A stretch of 63,639 nt of DNA, filler included, from Octopus bimaculoides (lineage: Eukaryota): NCBI RefSeq assembly GCF_001194135.2. It is 5 parts of 5 records of this genome, joined end to end, with 100 filler letters (N's around TTAATTAATTAA, not from the genome) between each part and the next. Parts side by side here need not be neighbours in the genome. Positions count along the whole stretch, not along the records: positions 60,886 to 62,507 come from NC_068996.1; positions 62,608 to 63,639 come from NC_069005.1; 3 more parts are not named here. The stretch is one strand, 5' to 3'. The translations under genes and the position numbers were made by a program. Positions within the stretch are counted from its first letter, which is position 1. Every line of letters starts with the position of its first letter. Shown here piece by piece: positions 62,244 through 63,639 of this stretch. Under the pieces are notes generated by a model, which worked only from the letters and a program-made list of their open reading frames with translations, did not search any database and was not told where the DNA came from.

Positions 62244-62634
62244 CAAAAAATAGTAAAGGCTTTGGTCTACTGACTGATCTAATGCCCCTGGGTGATAGAG
62301 AATTGGTAAGACTATGAGACGAAATTTGAAAGGATCGTAAAAATTCTTACAGTTGGGGCAAGAGAAGCAAAACTCTATGTCTGCTGCTTGCAGAGACAAC
62401 GTTTTCACATTTACAAATAAATATTTTGTCGTTCTTACACCAACAGCAAAGGTTTTTAAATTCCTTTGAAAATATCATCTCTAAAGAATCATACCGACTC
62501 TCTCTCANNNNNNNNNNNNNNNNNNNNNNNNNNNNNNNNNNNNNNNNNNNNTTAATTAATTAANNNNNNNNNNNNNNNNNNNNNNNNNNNNNNNNNNNNN
62601 NNNNNNNATATATATATATATATATATATATAGG

Positions 62635-62790
62635 CACAGCTGTGTGGTAAGTAGCTTGCTTACCAACCGCATAGTTCCTGTTTCAGTTCCACTGCATGGC
62701 ACCTTGGCCAAGTATCTTCTACTATACCCTCGGGCCGACCAAAGCCTTGTGAATGCATTTGGTAGACGGAAACTGAAAGTCACATACATA
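62635..62790 (+). mobile_element. SINE family B 5' half
   Basis: gctgtgtggtaagtagcttgcttaccaacc...ccttggccaagtatcttctactata...gaccaaagccttgtgaatgcatttggtagacggaaactgaaag. Confidence 0.85.
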
Positions 62791-63599
62791 CATAATGCAT
62801 ACCCACATACATGCAAACATACATAAATACATACACACATACATACATACGTACAAGCATGCATACCTACATTCATACATATATACATACACAAACAGAA
62901 AATTTATACACATTTATTAACATTTTTTTTTTTTTTGGTGTCTATACATTTCATGTTCCTGTGCCACGACATCGCAACTTCTTCCAAAAATTCTTGTACC
63001 ATTGAGCATAAAATAAAATCTTTCATACTTTGTCTCTCTGTTATAAGTTCACAGTGTTGAAACATGAAGCAACGACCTGTTTTTGGAATTGCTTCAAAAC
63101 ATACGAGAAACATCTACTAATCTACAATAAAAAAACACACAACCGATAACCAAAAACCACTTAAAATTATTTGAGCANNNNNNNNNNTTATTATTATTAT
63201 TATTGCTAGTGTTGCTGTAGTTTTAGCTTTCTGAAAACAAGCTATTTTGTTGTATCGCTGCACTTATTCAACCCTAGGTCGGATCTCATTGAGCAGAGTT
63301 ACGCCAAAAGACGTATCAATCGCGAACACCCCGCCGGGTTTACTCAAGAAATATTTAAATAGTGACTGTTTTATTCAATGTGTCGATTCATTTATAAGAC
63401 GGTGGGAAGTGGGGTGCAATTTGGAAGAGATTTGGCTCATGCTTCTAGCATTTCCAGCGAACACATACAGGCCTCGTAGTTAGCTTGTTTAGCGTTGCGT
63501 TGTTTCGTGAGAAGAGGAATTGGTTTGGCAAGACGCCTGCAGCCTAATTTATAGTTTACAAAACCTACACTGCATTAGTCTTGATCATTCTTTTGTTAC

Positions 63600-63606
63600 A
63601 CACACA

Positions 63607-63638
<32 letters not shown>

Positions 63639-63639
63639 C
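63600..63639. repeat. (GCAC)n microsatellite
   Basis: Direct inspection. Confidence 0.9.

Overview
Repeat-dense, AT-rich, non-coding animal genomic DNA. The tRNA-derived SINE families and microsatellite load are most consistent with a coleoid cephalopod (octopus); this is recognition from memory, not a database result. No complete host gene can be supported, and there is no CRISPR array, rRNA or prokaryotic operon. Most ORFs in the supplied track are microsatellite or N-gap artefacts. Recognisable content: three tRNA-derived SINE families (30+ copies or fragments); four R4/Dong-type RLE retrotransposon fragments, all anchored in (TAA)n; an RTE LINE with a 5' inversion; two Penelope-like (GIY-YIG) fragments; an internally deleted Gypsy LTR element; a tandem Helitron; mariner, Tc2, hAT and Chapaev3-like DNA transposon remnants; and several long inverted repeats. 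The most interesting signals are (i) a dispersed ~140-bp repeat carrying a minimal type-I hammerhead ribozyme motif, with each copy here defective, plus other hammerhead-like motifs near the Penelope fragment; (ii) an 83-bp locally templated insertion that appears to copy an RTE/Dong junction; (iii) head-to-tail Helitron units sharing one 3' terminator; (iv) long hairpins that could be ADAR substrates; and (v) two unexplained ORFs in the unique 55-60 kb zone. I found no evidence for a wholly new protein-coding system. Coordinates of degraded elements are approximate (about +/-20 bp).
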